In this document: piece by piece, positions 59,562 to 64,000 of the stretch
How the letters are laid out: each line of letters starts with the position of its first letter
Position numbering within the stretch: position 1 is the first letter of the stretch
NCBI GenBank assembly: GCA_033442325.1
Contig: JAWQFM010000020.1
Span: 681,564 to 745,563, forward strand
Length of the DNA stretch: 64,000 nt
Direction: 5' to 3'
Origin: Salpingoeca rosetta
Taxonomy: Eukaryota > Protista > Choanoflagellata
Notes under the pieces: generated by a model
What the model saw: only the letters and a program-made list of their open reading frames with translations
Told to the model about the DNA's origin: nothing
The model's database searches: none
Translations under genes and position numbers: made by a program

Positions 59562-62009
59562 CTAGACGGCGCGTGCGAGCTGCGAGAGGTGGCGGCGGTG
59601 CACGTCGGTGATGTCGTTGTCGGCGCCGCCTGCAAAGTTGTGCCACCGCTTGGCGACCGGGGACGCGCGCTGCACGCATTCGAGCGCAGCGTCAATCGTG
59701 TCGGGCGCGTCCCACGCGCCGAGCGGGTGCTCCATGGCGCGCGCCTGGAAGGTGGGCAGCTGGCTGAGAAACGACTGCAGGCGGTCTGGGGTGAAGCTCT
59801 GGAAGGACGAGGCGACGCCGAGACCCGTGCGCTCAAACATCTCTGCGTTGAGCATCTGCTCCGAGTCTGCCGCGTCGTACATGGCCATCATGGGGATGCC
59901 CAGCCACATGCACTCCGCAATCAGGTTGTCGCCCGACGTGGCAATCACTGCGCTCGCCTCGCTCATGCTCGTGATAAAGTCCTTCTCCGTAAACGCGCGC
60001 ACGTGCACATATGGCGTGTCCAGCTTCTGCGGCCCAAACGCGCGCACCTCGTAGCCGCTCTTGTTGAGCTCCTCAAAGATGTGCTGCCCGGAGCCGTGGT
60101 CGCGAAAGTAGACCACCACCATCTTCTTCGGCGGCAGCACCCGCTCCGTGCGCAGAATGGCGTCGCGCAGCCGCGGTTTTGCCACAATGGTCGTGTTGCT
60201 GTTGAGCGGCGTCAGCGGCACAAACGAGACGTCAACGGTGCACTTCGCAAGACGCGTCGTGCGGCCGTTGAGCACCTCCTGGTGGCCCCACGCATAGTCC
60301 GACACGTGGTCGGGCTTCTCCGTCGTGCTGAAGAGGTACCCGTGGCCGAGCGCAATGGCGGGGATGCCTGCACGCGACGCGCGCCACACGCCGGGGAAGT
60401 CGCCGTCGCTGATGACGAGGTCGGGCGTGTGGTGTGCCCGGTCGCAGATGGAGCAGTCCGCGTCCGTCAGGTAGCGGAACACAAAGATCTTGAGCGTCTC
60501 CCACACGCTGTGCACCGAGTTGGCAATGGGCAGCGACTTGACGCTCACTGTCTCCGCGCCCACGGTGCGCACGAGGTCTGCCACGTGGTCGTCCACAAAC
60601 ACGCACACCTTGTACCCAACACGCTCCAGCGCCTCAATCACCGTTTTCCCGCGCGACGCGTGCCCGCGGCCGTGGCCGTGGATGTAGTACTCCACAATGG
60701 GCGGCCGCACGTGCCCTTCAAACTGGTGCGCGCCAGCACCCTGCTTTGCTGCACACGTGTCCGACATGGACAGGTACAGCCCAACCTGCACCACTGCAAA
60801 GACGAGCGCAATCGCCAAGACCATGGCGCCAACGCGCTTGAACGTGCGCGATGTGCGCGGTGGGCCCGGGGTCTTGCCGCCACGCGGACGCCAAAACCCG
60901 CCAATCGCATGCTGCTGGTGCTGCTGGTGCTGCTGCTGGTGGTGGTGGCCCTTGGTAGAGCTGGTGCTTTGGTGCTGTCGGCGCTTGGTGTTGGCGATTC
61001 GCCAGCCGCGGGAGGGAGCAGCGCCGCTCCTGGCGTCGTGGTCGCCGTCGCGTATTCTGTCATCGGCGTCACCACCAGCGCGGTCGGTTGGTGCAGTCAC
61101 GGAAGCGAAGATGGAAGCAAGCGAGAGCCAGGCTGTTGCGAGCAGGGACGGAGACGCAAACACATCGTCGGCATCGTCCGCAGCAGCGTGATGCTGGTGA
61201 TGGTGGCGGCGGTGCTGTGATTCGTCAGAGGTGGACGATGATGCGGAGGTGGAGAGGCTGGATCCAGACGTGGTGGAGGTGGAAGAAGCAGCAGCGGCAG
61301 CAGCAGGTGCAGCGCTGTGGTGGTGGTGGTGGTGCCTGTGCGCGTCGCTCGACTGGCTCAGCGGTGACGCCGTGTGTTTCTGTGCAGCAGTAGTGACAGC
61401 AGCAGCAGTAGCATGCAGGGCCGATGGCGCGGACGAAGCTGCTGCTGTTGTTGCCACACCGGCGGTGCTTGAGTGAGCGGCAGGGACGGCGGCGGAGGAG
61501 GAAGAGGACGACGACTCAGGGTGGCCTGTGGATGTGTTTGAGTGGCGGCGGTGCATGGTTGGGCTGAGCGGGGCCTCGATGAGCACGGCAGAGTACGAGC
61601 CTTGCCTGCTGGGCCTGCCAGAGTGGGGCGCCACCGCGGAGGATGCTGTCGAGGAGTTGATCGAGGAGCTGCTGCTGCCATCCACGTGGATGGTGTGTGC
61701 CGGGGACTCGAGCAGCACGACGGTGGACGGGTCGTCGCGCGGGACGTCCAGCGGCCTGGTCATGGGTTGCAGGATGTCGCTGTCCTTGCGCTTGTGGCCC
61801 TTCTTCTTGTGATGGCTGTGATGGGGCGCTGCGTCTCCGGCAGCTGTTGACGATGTAGACGCGGGCGATGGGGATGCCGTGGCGTGCTCATGCGGCGCGT
61901 GGTGGGGCAGCTGGTGCTGCTGGTTGTGTTGGTGTTGGCGGAAACGCTGGGGAGTCCATGCCCATTGCCGGCGTCCAGAGGAGGTCCAGTCGAACATGGA
62001 AAAGTACAT
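59562..62009 (-). CDS. Type II membrane GT-B glycosyltransferase (MJ1255/VC2487-like, GT28/MurG-related fold), uninterrupted 815-aa ORF
   Basis: Disordered N-terminus, TM segment VGAMVLAIALVFAVVQVGLYL (~60775-60840). Then YYIHGHGRGHASRG, PDLVISDGDF..AGIPAIALGH, AVIATSGDNLIAECMWLGIPM..SEQMLNA. An additional upstream exon cannot be excluded. Confidence 0.82.
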   Translation of the reverse strand: MYFSMFDWTSSGRRQWAWTPQRFRQHQHNQQHQLPHHAPHEHATASPSPASTSSTAAGDAAPHHSHHKKKGHKRKDSDILQPMTRPLDVPRDDPSTVVLLESPAHTIHVDGSSSSSINSSTASSAVAPHSGRPSRQGSYSAVLIEAPLSPTMHRRHSNTSTGHPESSSSSSSAAVPAAHSSTAGVATTAAASSAPSALHATAAAVTTAAQKHTASPLSQSSDAHRHHHHHHSAAPAAAAAASSTSTTSGSSLSTSASSSTSDESQHRRHHHQHHAAADDADDVFASPSLLATAWLSLASIFASVTAPTDRAGGDADDRIRDGDHDARSGAAPSRGWRIANTKRRQHQSTSSTKGHHHQQQHQQHQQHAIGGFWRPRGGKTPGPPRTSRTFKRVGAMVLAIALVFAVVQVGLYLSMSDTCAAKQGAGAHQFEGHVRPPIVEYYIHGHGRGHASRGKTVIEALERVGYKVCVFVDDHVADLVRTVGAETVSVKSLPIANSVHSVWETLKIFVFRYLTDADCSICDRAHHTPDLVISDGDFPGVWRASRAGIPAIALGHGYLFSTTEKPDHVSDYAWGHQEVLNGRTTRLAKCTVDVSFVPLTPLNSNTTIVAKPRLRDAILRTERVLPPKKMVVVYFRDHGSGQHIFEELNKSGYEVRAFGPQKLDTPYVHVRAFTEKDFITSMSEASAVIATSGDNLIAECMWLGIPMMAMYDAADSEQMLNAEMFERTGLGVASSFQSFTPDRLQSFLSQLPTFQARAMEHPLGAWDAPDTIDAALECVQRASPVAKRWHNFAGGADNDITDVHRRHLSQLARAV

Positions 62010-63330
62010 GTTCTTGAGCGGGCAAGACAGGGCCGCAACAGGGAGTTGTTGTGGTGATCGGGGGAGTGGTGCCTGGGAAAGGATGTGTGTGTGTGTGTGT
62101 GTGTTTGGAGGGGGAGGGAGGGGGAATCAACGGGAAAGTGAGTTTGATGAGGAGGAGGAGGAGCTGGCAGTTGGCGTGGGTGGGTGCTTGTCCATGTCCA
62201 AGCACTGCACGCATTGTGCGTGCTTGCGTGCATGTGGATGGTGCAGAGGGTGCGTGCTTTGGAGCGTGGGTTGGATGGGTACGTGTGTGCACATCGTGTG
62301 TTGTGCGTGCTCGTGTGTGCATGTGTGCTTGTGTGACTGTTGGGGGGGGGGGGATACTGGCAAGCAAGAGTTGCTGCGGCAGGCCTCGAAGCGGACACAA
62401 CATCAATTCACAGACACGCATTCACAGACACGCACATGGACGAAGAGAGAGAGAACAAGGTGGGACACAACGTGGGTGTGTGGGTGGCCAGGAGCAAGCA
62501 TATCGCCACAGCAACGAGCACACGAGGTGGTTGCTTGTGGCGGTGGTGTGGGAACCGGATACATGCATGCGCATACACACACGCACCAGTCGATGTCGCT
62601 GAACGAGGAGAAAATGGATGGGTGGAAGCGTGAGTCTTCGATGCGAGTTCACCACCAGCTCTGGCTGACGAAGAAGGAAGCAACCAAAATAGGAGGGAGA
62701 GTGATCACACCACGCTGATCAGCAGTAAGGGGGGGGGAAGAGGTCTGATGGTGATGACGACGGTCGAGGGTGATGTTGGTGTGGATGGATGGATGGGAGG
62801 AGGTGTGGTGTTGGTGCTGCTGTGTGGGTGGTGGGTGTGAAACTGGCCACGCAGCATCAGCGGGCTGGCTGCCTTGTTGCTTGCCTTCTGGCTTGGCTTG
62901 CCTGCAGATTGTGTGTCAAACAACAAACTTCGTTCCGACGGCCAGCATGCACGTCCTTGTTCTCACAGCACAACAGCAAGATGCAGCATGTCAGCTAAAA
63001 GCGGGCGCATCGAACGCCCCATTTCTTACCCAAAATGAAGAAAAACTGCATTTGTGTGAAGAAGGACTCTGCAACGACGCTGTCTGTTTGCAAATTGCTT
63101 TGCAGCAAAACTGTCCGGTTTCTAAGATATGTTGACCTAAGGGTCAATTGTATAGCTGGAGCTCAATTTTTAAGACTTGTTGATACCAAAACTACCAAAA
63201 CTATGATATTTTAGCGCACGTGCGGTTTTCCACCGTTTTGCAACGCCCGCCAATGCTGGTGTCCCGACAATCTAAGACCTTCAAGGGCGGTCTGGGTATT
63301 CGCATTTAGTTTTGTCGTCTGTGTTTTGCG

Positions 63331-63435
<105 letters not shown>

Positions 63436-64000
63436 TCTGTGTGTGTGTGAGACAGTGTGTGTGTGTCTGAGTGTATGTCTATGTGTCCGTCTACCGTGCC
63501 GTGTGTGTGTGAATCTGCCAGAGAGATCACAACTGCCAGCGGGCTATAGCGCAAAAAATAAGAAAAACAGACCCCAATTGCTTTGCGCACATACTAATGA
63601 TGGTGACTGATGAGTATATGGGTCCTCGCCACACCGGTTGAGCGAAGTTAGTGAGAAAATAGGGACATAACCAGGTTCGCTAACCGCAATAGGAGTACGA
63701 GAGAGGAGAACACACCATACGCATCGCGTTTGTCATCGGAAGAGATAATCCCACACAATCAGTGTTATCGCGCAACAGTAGCGGACAGAGAGAAGATGAG
63801 CATCACATCAGATGACCCACCCGGAACAGTTCGTTGCTTTATTGTTTTATCCACGAGGCAAGTGAGGGGCCGGGGGAGGTCATGCAAGCAGTTAGAAATA
63901 AGGAAACGAGGACCTGTACAAGTTGTGTGGGGTGCACGAAATAAATCTAGATTATGAACGAGTGACATGCGCAAAATTGGGTCCACGAGAGTTAGCCTGA

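Noticed and set aside
59589-61220. 543-aa plus-strand ORF
   Set aside because: Antisense shadow of the GC3-rich glycosyltransferase, with no recognisable motifs.
59562-62009. Identity with the rosette-development glycosyltransferases jumble or couscous
   Set aside because: The motifs fit a GT-B MJ1255-like family, and I see no sequence evidence for either identity.
63132-63148. Short inverted repeat TTGACC-TAAG-GGTCAA
   Set aside because: A 6-bp stem is expected by chance, and there is no supporting context.

Overview
Eukaryotic, intron-rich, GC-rich genomic DNA with introns full of (CA/TG)n microsatellites and four N gaps. Gene content and style point to a choanoflagellate, most likely Salpingoeca rosetta; this is an inference, not a database result. 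I reconstructed 11 protein-coding genes by joining exons by eye: (1) 3' part of glycine C-acetyltransferase (GCAT/kbl, +); (2) ubiquitin-activating enzyme E1 (UBA1, -); (3) a KH + LabA/DUF88-type NYN ribonuclease (+); (4) an Abi adaptor (-); (5) a BAR-PH-ArfGAP without ankyrin repeats (-); (6) a hypothetical protein (-); (7) a small ICAP1/ITGB1BP1-like PTB protein (-); (8) TMEM131 (+); (9) a probably N-acylated WW-like/duplicated-domain protein (-); (10) Miro GTPase with an internal block missing (+); (11) an intronless bacterial-type GT-B glycosyltransferase with a type II membrane anchor (-). The most notable non-coding signal is a pair of box C/D snoRNAs in one TMEM131 intron. They have different terminal stems and a split antisense element to the 5' region of 18S rRNA, and they resemble U22/SNORD22 as I recall it. 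Exon boundaries are approximate, and all homology calls rest on remembered motifs rather than searches.
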